This document shows, piece after piece, positions 42,020-50,658 of a DNA stretch of 64,000 bases. Position 1 is the stretch's first letter. Each line of letters starts with the position of its first letter. The notes under the pieces are model-generated. The model was not told the origin of the DNA and searched no databases. It was given only the letters and a program-made list of their open reading frames with translations. This DNA is from Thermodesulfobacteriota bacterium (GTDB lineage: Bacteria; Desulfobacterota_D; UBA1144; Nemesobacterales; UBA2774): NCBI GenBank assembly GCA_965223335.1, contig OZ244991.1, positions 1,984,001-2,048,000 on the forward strand, in the 5' to 3' direction. The position numbers and the translations under genes were made by a program.

Positions 42020-42091
42020 GACTAAGCCCTCCGAAGCAAGATTGCATTCATGTGGAATATAACATATCGACTCTTAGCTACAATTAACCGC

Positions 42092-43156
42092 TTAGCTCTT
42101 TATGCCGGGCCATGATTGTATGGGCTCTCGGGATGTAACAATGTGCATGCCGGCCCGCTCAAAATTCTTAAATGCCTCGTCTGCTTGCTCGGTGTAATCA
42201 AGTGCACCCGGGACCACGACCGCAGATGTACAGTCCTCTAATATGTATATCTTGTTTGCAAGGGCCGGGTTATCGGTATTAATTTTGCTGAGCAGATCAG
42301 CCAGTGTCCATTCTACGCAGTGGCTCTTAGCCTGGCCGGCCACAATGATAATGTCATGTCCAATTAGCTCTTTATAGATGCCCCTTGAGGCGTTGTGATG
42401 GTGAAAGAGGTTTTGCTCCCTGAGCTCGAGCTCGTCGTTGTCGGGGCCTCGGGACACCTCGGGCTCCAATACGGAGTAGTGCTCTGTAAGTGGATGGTCA
42501 CCCTTAACGTGTATGTAGGGCTGTGCATAGCGGGCAAGAGTGTGGAAAAAAAGCGCTTGCTCTACGGACGATACCAGGGCGTGACCGATCCCGCCCAGTA
42601 TTGCGTGATAGGGCCAGATCGTGAGCTCGTATTTGCCCTTGGATTCTAGTTCCCGGGTGTAATATGCGAGGTGCCGCTCGATATAGTCCTTTGCATGAGG
42701 GAACTGCGCGGCGATTTGATGATTGAGTTGCCATCTGCCAGAAGCTATGTCATCGGATGTGATAAGTGTGAAGGGGGAGGGGTGGTTGCCCTCGGCATCG
42801 ACAAAGAAAATGCTGTGGAATATCTGCATAGCCTGGTGGGTATCGAACGTGGCAAAAGCACGAGTTATAGAGTGAAGGTTGCTGTATATAAACTCGCATA
42901 ACCTGGTGTTGTCGTCTACAGCACCTGTGCCGGACCACCCGCCCACAAAGAGCTCAAACCCCGGGATACAAAACGTGTTCTGAATATCGATCAACAAAAG
43001 ACAGATACGTACATCATCTTGTGAAGAGGGTTTTATATCATGGCGCTTTGTCCACAAGAGAGCTGATGCTGAGGTCTTCTCGTAATCGACTTTCCATACT
43101 TCGCCTACTTTAGAAGGGTCGAAATGATCGGGTATGGGTAGAGTGCTATATTCCAT
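42092..43156 (-). CDS. Isochorismatase/nicotinamidase-family cysteine hydrolase
   Basis: DIQNTF, KG, GQAKSHCV (Asp-Lys-Cys triad), WPYH. Confidence 0.8.
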   Translation of the reverse strand: MEYSTLPIPDHFDPSKVGEVWKVDYEKTSASALLWTKRHDIKPSSQDDVRICLLLIDIQNTFCIPGFELFVGGWSGTGAVDDNTRLCEFIYSNLHSITRAFATFDTHQAMQIFHSIFFVDAEGNHPSPFTLITSDDIASGRWQLNHQIAAQFPHAKDYIERHLAYYTRELESKGKYELTIWPYHAILGGIGHALVSSVEQALFFHTLARYAQPYIHVKGDHPLTEHYSVLEPEVSRGPDNDELELREQNLFHHHNASRGIYKELIGHDIIIVAGQAKSHCVEWTLADLLSKINTDNPALANKIYILEDCTSAVVVPGALDYTEQADEAFKNFERAGMHIVTSREPIQSWPGIKS

Positions 43157-43294
43157 CTTAGGATCTAGTAATTTAAATTTACCAACACAGTGATTTTACT
43201 ATCATGCGGGGCTCATTCAAACTCGGGTAGTTAAATATTTATTCTCTCGGTCATATTATTCGAAGTTTTGATCAAATGTTATACTCCTATTGCG

Positions 43295-44065
43295 ATGGCC
43301 GGGGCGAAGAAGATCAAAGTATATATATTTGTTACTTGCCTGGTGGACAACCTCTTTCCCGAGGTAGGGGAGAGCATGGTGAGGGTGCTCGAGAGGCAGG
43401 GGGTCGAGGTGGAGTTTTTGAGTGAGCAGACCTGTTGTGGTCAGCCTGCTTATAACAGCGGTTACAGGGGTGAGGCATTTAGTGTGGCGAGCAGGTTTAT
43501 AGAGGCATTCGATAGAGCGATGGCGCGCGATACCGGTAAGGAGTCTTATGTGGTGTGTCCGTCGGGCTCGTGCACAGCAATGATCAAGATTTTTTATAAA
43601 GAGCTTTTTGAGAGTGACAGCTATAGGCTTGGGGTTGCTGAGAGGGTGATGTCGAGGACTCATGAGTTCTCGGACTTTTTAGTAAATGTGCTTGGGGTGG
43701 AGGATGTGGGGGCCAGTTTTGAGGGGGCGGTTACGTACCATGACTCGTGTCATCTGCTTAGAGAGCTCGGGATGGAAGGTGAGCCTAGAAAGCTAATCAA
43801 TGCTGTGAGGGGCATTGAACTTGTAGAGATGGATATGCACGATGCATGCTGTGGGTTCGGGGGCACATTCGCGATTAAATTCCCCAAGGTATCGGTATCT
43901 ATGTTAGAGGAAAAAATGAGCTCTATTATAAACACGGGAGCTGGTGTTGTAGTGGCCGGGGATATGGGATGCCTCATGAACATAGACGGGTTGATAAAGA
44001 GAAAAAAGCTTAATATCAAAACAATGCATTTGGCCGAGCTGCTTGATTCGGGCCACAAATCATAA
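43295..44065 (+). CDS. lutA: Lactate utilization Fe-S protein A (CCG domains)
   Basis: TC..D, QTCCGQP, SGSC, HDSCH, CCGFGG. Confidence 0.9.
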   Translation: MAGAKKIKVYIFVTCLVDNLFPEVGESMVRVLERQGVEVEFLSEQTCCGQPAYNSGYRGEAFSVASRFIEAFDRAMARDTGKESYVVCPSGSCTAMIKIFYKELFESDSYRLGVAERVMSRTHEFSDFLVNVLGVEDVGASFEGAVTYHDSCHLLRELGMEGEPRKLINAVRGIELVEMDMHDACCGFGGTFAIKFPKVSVSMLEEKMSSIINTGAGVVVAGDMGCLMNIDGLIKRKKLNIKTMHLAELLDSGHKS

Positions 44066-44086
44066 CTCTCTATATAAGAGGATAGA

Positions 44087-45526
44087 ATGGGATTTGGGAA
44101 AGTAGATTTTGAAAAGGACTCGGAGCGGGCCCTTGGGGACCACAACCTTAGCAATGCTCTTGTAAACGTCACTGACAGGTTTCGGAGTGCCAGAAAGAGT
44201 GCTTCTGAGCAGGTAGCAAACTGGGACGAGCTCCGCAACCGTGCGAGGGCAATAAAAAGAGAGACCATATCTAACCTGGATAAATATCTAATAGAACTCG
44301 AAGAGAGTGTAAAGAGAGCAGGCGGGCATGTGCACTGGGCGCTTGATTCATTTGAGGCGTCGGAAATCATAGTGCGGCTCGCAAAAGAGAAGAACGTGAA
44401 ATCGATCGTTAAAAGTAAGTCGATGGCTACCGAGGAGATAGAGCTTAACCGAAGTTTTGAGGCCGCCGGGCTTAAGGTCGTTGAAACAGATTTGGGTGAG
44501 TACATAATACAGCTTGCGGGTGAGCATCCCTCTCATATCATTGCACCTGCAATTCATAAGACCAAAGACGACATATCGGAGCTTTTTTCGCGTAAGCTCG
44601 ACGTGCCGATATACGATGAGCCAGAGGAGCTGACAAAGGTAGCGCGCGAGAGGCTTAGGTCTGAGTTCCTGGGTGCCGATATGGGGGTGTCGGGCGCTAA
44701 CTTTGCGGTGGCTGAGACGGGGACCATAGTGGTTGTGGAGAACGAAGGGAATGCGAGACTGACAACGACACTGCCACGCATTCACGTGGCGCTTGTGGGT
44801 ATAGAAAAGCTGATCCCCAAATATAGAGACCTATCTCTATTTCTTAGTGTGTTGGCAAGGAGTGCGACAGGGCAGAAATCCTCTACATATGTCTCTTTTA
44901 TTACAGGGCCCAGGCGAGAAGGGGAGATGGACGGTCCCGAGGAGTTTCACCTGGTGCTGCTCGATAACGGCAGGTCCGATATTGCGACCAATCCCAAAAC
45001 CCGGGAGTCGCTTTACTGTATTAGGTGCGGGGCATGTCTCAACAACTGTCCGGTGTACCGTCAAGTGGGCGGGCACTCGTACGGATGGGTTTATTCAGGG
45101 CCTATAGGGGCTATTATCAACCCGCAGTTAATGGGTATACACCAAGCCCCAGAGCTTCCCTATGCGTCTTCTCTATGCGGGGCGTGTAAGGATGTGTGCC
45201 CGGTAAAGATCGATTTTCCAAAGTTGCTGCTAGAGCTGCGCCATAGTGTGGTCGGGAATGAGATTGCCAAGGGGAGTGTGGGAGGGAAGACAGAGAGGAT
45301 GATGTTTCGCGTGTGGGGATGGGTGATGGGCAGCCAATTTGTGTATGAGATTGCGAACAGGCTTGGATATTATCTGCAGTATCTGATACCGAAAGGGCAG
45401 GGGGGTGCCATGAGGTTCCCTTACCCTCTGGCTAGATGGACTGAGCAGAGGGATTTTCCGAAAATTGCAAAAAGGTCGTTCCGCAAGAGGTGGAGAGAGA
45501 GTAGGGGAGCGAAAGACAATGGCTAG
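44087..45526 (+). CDS. lutB: Lactate utilization Fe-S protein B
   Basis: ETDLGE, NEGN, CIRCGACLNNCP, SSLCGAC..VCP. Confidence 0.93.
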   Translation: MGFGKVDFEKDSERALGDHNLSNALVNVTDRFRSARKSASEQVANWDELRNRARAIKRETISNLDKYLIELEESVKRAGGHVHWALDSFEASEIIVRLAKEKNVKSIVKSKSMATEEIELNRSFEAAGLKVVETDLGEYIIQLAGEHPSHIIAPAIHKTKDDISELFSRKLDVPIYDEPEELTKVARERLRSEFLGADMGVSGANFAVAETGTIVVVENEGNARLTTTLPRIHVALVGIEKLIPKYRDLSLFLSVLARSATGQKSSTYVSFITGPRREGEMDGPEEFHLVLLDNGRSDIATNPKTRESLYCIRCGACLNNCPVYRQVGGHSYGWVYSGPIGAIINPQLMGIHQAPELPYASSLCGACKDVCPVKIDFPKLLLELRHSVVGNEIAKGSVGGKTERMMFRVWGWVMGSQFVYEIANRLGYYLQYLIPKGQGGAMRFPYPLARWTEQRDFPKIAKRSFRKRWRESRGAKDNG

Positions 45527-46208
45527 GAGAATGATAGACAGCTCGCGAGAGGAGATTATAAATAAGCTACGGGTAAGGCTTAGCCAACAAGGTGGTGGTA
45601 CGGCAGATGCTGCGGTAAGAAGAAAAAGAGCGAGGGTGAAATCCATAGACGATGATGAGATAGTATCGCTCTTAACGCAGCTTGGAGACGAAATACAAAG
45701 TGTGAGCGGCAACTATCACACTGCAAATGATGAAGAGGGGATTGTTAAGCATATTTTAAAGCTTGCTCGGAATAAGAGTGCAGAGAACTTTTCGATGTGG
45801 GAGACTGATTACCTGAGGCAATTGGGAGTGAAGAAAGCTCTTAGGGAAAGTGGGCTTAAATTGATCACTGCCAAAAACAAAAACAGGCTGGCTAATGCCA
45901 ATATCGGAATAACGGAAGTGGATTATGCCATTGCGGATACGGGGACATTGGTGTTGCTTACAGAGAAGCAGCAGCCGAGGTCTATATCGCTCTTGCCTCC
46001 GATTCATGTAGCGGTAGTGCGGGCGGATAACATTGTAAGAAACATTAATGAGTTGTTTGCGATTCTAAGTGATAGTATCAAGGACACGGGGAGTGTTGCG
46101 AGTTGTATGACATTTATTACCGGGCCCAGCAGGACTGCGGACATCGAGCTTAACCTAACACTGGGTGTGCACGGACCAAAAGAATTATACGTAGTAGCTT
46201 TGAGCTGA
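45519..46208 (+). CDS. lutC: Lactate utilization protein C (LUD domain)
   Basis: ITGPSRTADIE, GVHGP. Confidence 0.9.
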   Translation: MARRMIDSSREEIINKLRVRLSQQGGGTADAAVRRKRARVKSIDDDEIVSLLTQLGDEIQSVSGNYHTANDEEGIVKHILKLARNKSAENFSMWETDYLRQLGVKKALRESGLKLITAKNKNRLANANIGITEVDYAIADTGTLVLLTEKQQPRSISLLPPIHVAVVRADNIVRNINELFAILSDSIKDTGSVASCMTFITGPSRTADIELNLTLGVHGPKELYVVALS

Positions 46209-46214
46209 CATAGA

Positions 46215-47093
46215 TTACATCTTTTTCATCTTGTCTCTATTGATCAAATACACACCTGCAAACACAATGACAATGCCAAGGACCTGGGACGCGTTGATCT
46301 TTTCCCCTAGTACCAGCATGCCCGCAATAACACCGAAGATGGGGATAAAATAAAAAGTCATCGATGAGAAAATCGGGCCTGCTCTGTGAAGCATATAGTA
46401 GTAGCCCGCGAACCCGCTTGCGGTGGAGACCACTCCAAGGATAAGTTCAGATACTACATTGGTTTCGGTTATGGGTGTCTTTAATGGACTCTCGAAAATA
46501 AACGAGAGAGCTATAAGTATCAAAGAGGCTATCCCCAAGTAATATGTGGTGGATACAATGGGGTCGGTGCCGCTTGCGAGCCTGGGTGCAATGACCCCAT
46601 TAATTGCGAATACAGCAAATCCACCCATGACCATAAGCACACCTTTTAGAGTGGTGCCTCCGCCCAGAATCTTGTCGAATCCGATTACGAGCACAAGTCC
46701 TGCAATACCGATAAGTAGCCCTAACAGGCCGTCTATTCTGAACCGTTCGGACCGGAGTACAAGAACCATTGCTATGAATGTGACGAATGGGGTTGTAGAG
46801 ACCAGTACCGAGGTTAGTCCCGCAGTTATATACTCTTCGCCGAATGCAACTGCGAGCCATAAAACCGTTACACCCAGGATGGCAAACACAATAAATGAAA
46901 ATATATATTTGGCGTGGCCGACTAAATCTTTTCTAAGTATTAGAGAGGCGATCAGAAGGGCTAAAAATCCGATTGTGGAGCGCCCGGCCATCTCGGTGAT
47001 GGGGGCGATGGTCCTTTCGCCGATTTTAATGAGTACGAATGCAAATCCCCAAGCCGCAGAGACGTATAAGAGTACAAGGATGTTGCGAATCAA
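46215..47093 (-). CDS. DMT/EamA transporter
   Basis: About 10 TM segments; WG and LGE motifs. Confidence 0.88.
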   Translation of the reverse strand: MIRNILVLLYVSAAWGFAFVLIKIGERTIAPITEMAGRSTIGFLALLIASLILRKDLVGHAKYIFSFIVFAILGVTVLWLAVAFGEEYITAGLTSVLVSTTPFVTFIAMVLVLRSERFRIDGLLGLLIGIAGLVLVIGFDKILGGGTTLKGVLMVMGGFAVFAINGVIAPRLASGTDPIVSTTYYLGIASLILIALSFIFESPLKTPITETNVVSELILGVVSTASGFAGYYYMLHRAGPIFSSMTFYFIPIFGVIAGMLVLGEKINASQVLGIVIVFAGVYLINRDKMKKM

Positions 47094-47210
47094 AAGTGAG
47101 CCCCCTTTCCACAGATATTATAGATATGTTAGATATTAACATACATAGGGGGAGTTATTGTATGGAGCTATGTATAGAGCTGGGAGGGTGAGAGTGCTAT
47201 AAGGAAGGAA

Positions 47211-47621
47211 TTAGGGGGACAAGATAAGTGGTAAGCAATCAAATGGTTCGGTTGTATTATTGAAACTCAAAGTACCAACCGGGGTTCCAACTTCATCTAA
47301 AGTTAAACCAGAAAATGTTACCGGTAGGGTTGTTACTTGAGAATTTATTATTATATTCACATCTGTGCAATGAAATGTAGAGCAATCTATAATAGAACAA
47401 TTATTCACATTGAATTCTTGGTCCAAATTAACTGTTGCACTCATAGATCCACAGCCAAGAGAATCACATGCGTTGAGAATGGCCTCGGATAAACACTCAG
47501 CATCTGCAAAATCTTCATTAGGGAAGCATTCATTCATATTGTTGCTGGAATTATTGCTGCATCCTCCATATAACATGAGGATGAGTAATATTAAAGATGA
47601 AATTAGTAGTTGTAACTTCAT
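47211..47621 (-). CDS. Cys-rich hypothetical lipoprotein
   Basis: Signal peptide, lipobox YGGC, 8 further Cys; AT-rich. Confidence 0.65.
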   Translation of the reverse strand: MKLQLLISSLILLILMLYGGCSNNSSNNMNECFPNEDFADAECLSEAILNACDSLGCGSMSATVNLDQEFNVNNCSIIDCSTFHCTDVNIIINSQVTTLPVTFSGLTLDEVGTPVGTLSFNNTTEPFDCLPLILSP

Positions 47622-47689
47622 AGCTGTAATTATTAATTATTTCTTTATCATTATCAACATGTTTGTTGAGGATACTAGGGGAAGGGCGG

Positions 47690-48406
47690 TTACTTTGCTA
47701 TCCACTCTCGGGCGGTGAATTCCTGGCCTGTGACGTCTTTGGACTCGTCTGATGCAAGGTAGACGAATACAGGCGAGATATCTTCGGGTGTGGGTAATGT
47801 CAGAGGGTTCTCGTCGGGGTAAGCGCCGGCACGCATATCGGTGCGGGTGCCTCCGGGATTAACGGAGTTTACACGGACATTTGTGTCTTGAAGTTCCTGA
47901 GCCAGTACTTGTGTGATGGCCTCGAGTCCGAACTTGGAGGCTGCATAGGCTCCCCAATTGGCTTTTCCGACTCTGCCTACGGTGGAGCTTACATTGATGA
48001 CCGAGGCGCTAGGGGATTTGAGCAGAAGGGGCAGAAGGGCTTTTGTGACAAAAAACTGCGCATTTAGGTTGATGTGAATAACTTCCTGCCAGACATCCTC
48101 GGGATAGTCCTGTATTGAAGAACGTACTCCCAAGATGCTGGCGTTGTTAACGAGTATATCTAGATGATCCCAAAGGGATTCTGTATATGCGGCCAGCTCT
48201 TTTACTTGTGTGTAATCTCCGATATCACATGTAAAAGACTCAACATTACCCAGATTTGATAATTCATTCTTTGTTTCTTGTAGTGATACCTCGTTCCTGC
48301 CGCATATAATGACGCTTGCACCTTCGTTTAAAAATACCTTGGCTAGTCCTTTTCCAATACCGCGGTTGCCGCCTGTAATTAGAGCTTTTTTGCCTGTAAG
48401 TTTCAT
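47690..48406 (-). CDS. Short-chain dehydrogenase/reductase (YciK-like)
   Basis: TGGNRGIG, NNA, YAASK, NPGGTRTDMR. Confidence 0.92.
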   Translation of the reverse strand: MKLTGKKALITGGNRGIGKGLAKVFLNEGASVIICGRNEVSLQETKNELSNLGNVESFTCDIGDYTQVKELAAYTESLWDHLDILVNNASILGVRSSIQDYPEDVWQEVIHINLNAQFFVTKALLPLLLKSPSASVINVSSTVGRVGKANWGAYAASKFGLEAITQVLAQELQDTNVRVNSVNPGGTRTDMRAGAYPDENPLTLPTPEDISPVFVYLASDESKDVTGQEFTAREWIAK

Positions 48407-48575
48407 ATTGCAGATAATGTTACCAGAAATAACGAGTTTCTACGATACCAAAGATGACTCAGTTAGGCTATTTTCTGCATTATATTCTGTTATAGATGGT
48501 TGTTATAAAGGTTACTTAAAGCACAACTTTAAGAACCGCTAGCGGTATATGAGTTTTCGGGGAGGAAGCAACGTA

Positions 48576-48603
48576 ATGTCCGATAAGGAATATTATGTAA
48601 ACT
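48576..48603 (+). other. dif-like XerC/XerD recombination site
   Basis: ATGTCCGATAA-GGAATA-TTATGTAAACT has the 11-6-11 architecture; the right arm closely matches the XerD arm TTATGTTAAAT. Located in a long intergenic region. Confidence 0.75.
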
Positions 48604-48617
48604 ATAATAAATCTATA

Positions 48618-48803
48618 GATTTACATAATATCCTGGTACTACCCTACTAAGCACAATAAAAAGATTGACATAATATCCTTTTACCACTATCAAACTATAG
48701 ATTTGCATATTATCCTATAGGACTGCCCTATTTTTAATTAGGACTATAAATACATGGATATTCTGTTGATCCATCCTAATGTCCCAGAATTACATAATAT
48801 CCT
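48618..48803 (-). repeat. Four imperfect 17-bp repeats (GAwTtaCATAaTATCCT), reverse complements of dif spacer plus XerD arm
   Basis: Copies at 48618-48634, 48663-48679, 48700-48716 and 48787-48803. Confidence 0.75.
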
Positions 48804-49015
48804 GATGCTACCCCACTTAGTGCTATTGATTTAATACCCGGTAAAATACTAAACATACAAAAACAAAGATTAATATCGCAAAATCATATATATAGTTTGT
48901 GAAATTGCTCCTCTTTTTATCAACAGTTCCGGATTCAATACTTGAACTTACTGCTATAAGTAATTATATTTAGGACTAATTTAGGATCACAAGATAACTG
49001 ATTGAGGGTCTAGCT

Positions 49016-49375
49016 ATGCCGATATACGAATATGAATGTAAAAAATGCGGTAGAATCACAGAAGCTCTACAAGGGTTTAGTGATCCCCCGCTCAAAAAAT
49101 GCGAGCACTGTAAAGGTAAGTTAGAAAAACTTATTTCTCTGTCGTCTTTCCACCTCCAAGGCACAGGCTGGTACTCAACCGACTATGTAAAAGGCCCGGG
49201 GATTCCACCTAAGGCCGAAGCTCAGGATAATCCGGCCCTAAAAAACGAAAACGGTACTCAACCTGATACAACCTCTAGTTCCAGCGATTCTGCAGAAACC
49301 TCGGCATCTAAAGTCGAATCCATTAAAAAAGAAACAAAAAAAGCCAGAAACTCATCTAAGTCGAGTTCTGCATAA
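49016..49375 (+). CDS. FmdB-family zinc ribbon protein
   Basis: MPIYEYECKKCG...CEHC...GTGWYSTDY with a low-complexity tail. Confidence 0.9.
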   Translation: MPIYEYECKKCGRITEALQGFSDPPLKKCEHCKGKLEKLISLSSFHLQGTGWYSTDYVKGPGIPPKAEAQDNPALKNENGTQPDTTSSSSDSAETSASKVESIKKETKKARNSSKSSSA

Positions 49376-49453
49376 ATTTACAGTTTCGTCCCCTGCTTTG
49401 TAAAAGTTTGATTTTTACATAGACCTACCCTATTTACTACCAAGGAGAATAAT

Positions 49454-50245
49454 ATGGATCTCGGTATTAAGGACAGAGTTGCTATTGTAGCGGCTTCAAG
49501 TCGGGGTCTGGGGAAAGCTGTGGCTATGGGGCTTGCCCAAGAGGGAGTCAACCTGGTTATCTGCTCGCGCGGTGAAGATGTCCTTGCAGAGACGGCTAGT
49601 GAAATATTGTCCGAAACCGGTGTGTGGGTAAAACCTGTTGCTGCCGATGTGTCGAAGAAGGACGAGATAGACAAGGTAGTCGACCATTGCATAAAAGAGT
49701 ACGGCACGGTGGACATTATGGTCAATAACGCCGGGGGCCCACCACTCGGGGAATTCATAGAGTTTGATGACGGCAACTGGGAGCAGGCACTGGAGCTAAA
49801 TCTGTTTAGCACCATACGGTTTACCCGCGCGGTCCTACCCCATATGAGGGAGAAGAATTGGGGGAGGATAGTTAACATAACATCGGTTGCGGTTAAGCAG
49901 CCTATTGACGGCTTGATACTATCCAATACGGCAAGGACCGCAGTGATAGGACTGGCTAAAACACTCTCGAACGAAAACGGTGAGCATAACATCCTGATAA
50001 ATAATGTGTGTCCGGGAAGGATCTTTACCGACAGGATCAAGCAACTGGCAGAAGCTAGAGCTGAGCGCGATAATAAAACCTTTGACGAAGTGATCGAATC
50101 AATGAAAACCGATATTCCACTGGGTAGGATCGGTGACCCCGAAGAGTTTGCCAACATGGTGGTGTTCCTATGTTCCGAGCGCGCAAGCTACATTACCGGT
50201 GCTACCATACAGATTGACGGCGGGCTTGTGACAGGGCTATTTTGA
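49454..50245 (+). CDS. SDR family oxidoreductase
   Basis: AASSRGLG, NNAGGPP, SNTAR (atypical active site), IDGG. Confidence 0.9.
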   Translation: MDLGIKDRVAIVAASSRGLGKAVAMGLAQEGVNLVICSRGEDVLAETASEILSETGVWVKPVAADVSKKDEIDKVVDHCIKEYGTVDIMVNNAGGPPLGEFIEFDDGNWEQALELNLFSTIRFTRAVLPHMREKNWGRIVNITSVAVKQPIDGLILSNTARTAVIGLAKTLSNENGEHNILINNVCPGRIFTDRIKQLAEARAERDNKTFDEVIESMKTDIPLGRIGDPEEFANMVVFLCSERASYITGATIQIDGGLVTGLF

Positions 50246-50658
50246 TGAATCTAAAACGGCTGCTTACCAGTAAAACTAATTATGACCCTTCCATATTGTA
50301 TCTGCTGCTAATAAGCTTAGTGCTTTATATGCTGAGTAATTATAGCCCACTAGACCTAGTCTTTGGACAACCTAGCAGTAATTTAATCCCGAACGCTGTC
50401 TCGCACATTGAGACAGATGGGGGGCTCGGGGGAATAAGTGCTAGAAAAAAAATTGCGCTGGGTATACCTATTGGAGTGAACTCGGCTAGCGTGGAAGATC
50501 TGGCGGCTCTGCCGGGGATTGGCCCTGCCCTCTCGAAGCGCATAGTGGAATTTAGGACTGCTAAAGGTGAGATAACGGACCTGGATGAATTAATGCAGGT
50601 GCACGGGATCGGGGACGAGAAATATAAATCTATTCTGCCCTTAATAAATCTGGATTAA
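50245..50658 (+). CDS. ComEA-like helix-hairpin-helix DNA-binding protein
   Basis: VNSAS..DL..LPGIG and VHGIG HhH pair; N-terminal TM. Confidence 0.85.
   Translation: MNLKRLLTSKTNYDPSILYLLLISLVLYMLSNYSPLDLVFGQPSSNLIPNAVSHIETDGGLGGISARKKIALGIPIGVNSASVEDLAALPGIGPALSKRIVEFRTAKGEITDLDELMQVHGIGDEKYKSILPLINLD

Noticed and set aside
21868..47686. KOPS-like GGGNAGGG octamers on the + strand pointing toward dif (e.g. 21868, 47679)
   Set aside because: The + strand is G-rich, so several are expected by chance; enrichment cannot be shown by eye.
48613..48820. CRISPR array
   Set aside because: Repeats are only about 17 bp, degenerate and irregularly spaced (45, 37, 87 bp), and there are no cas genes.
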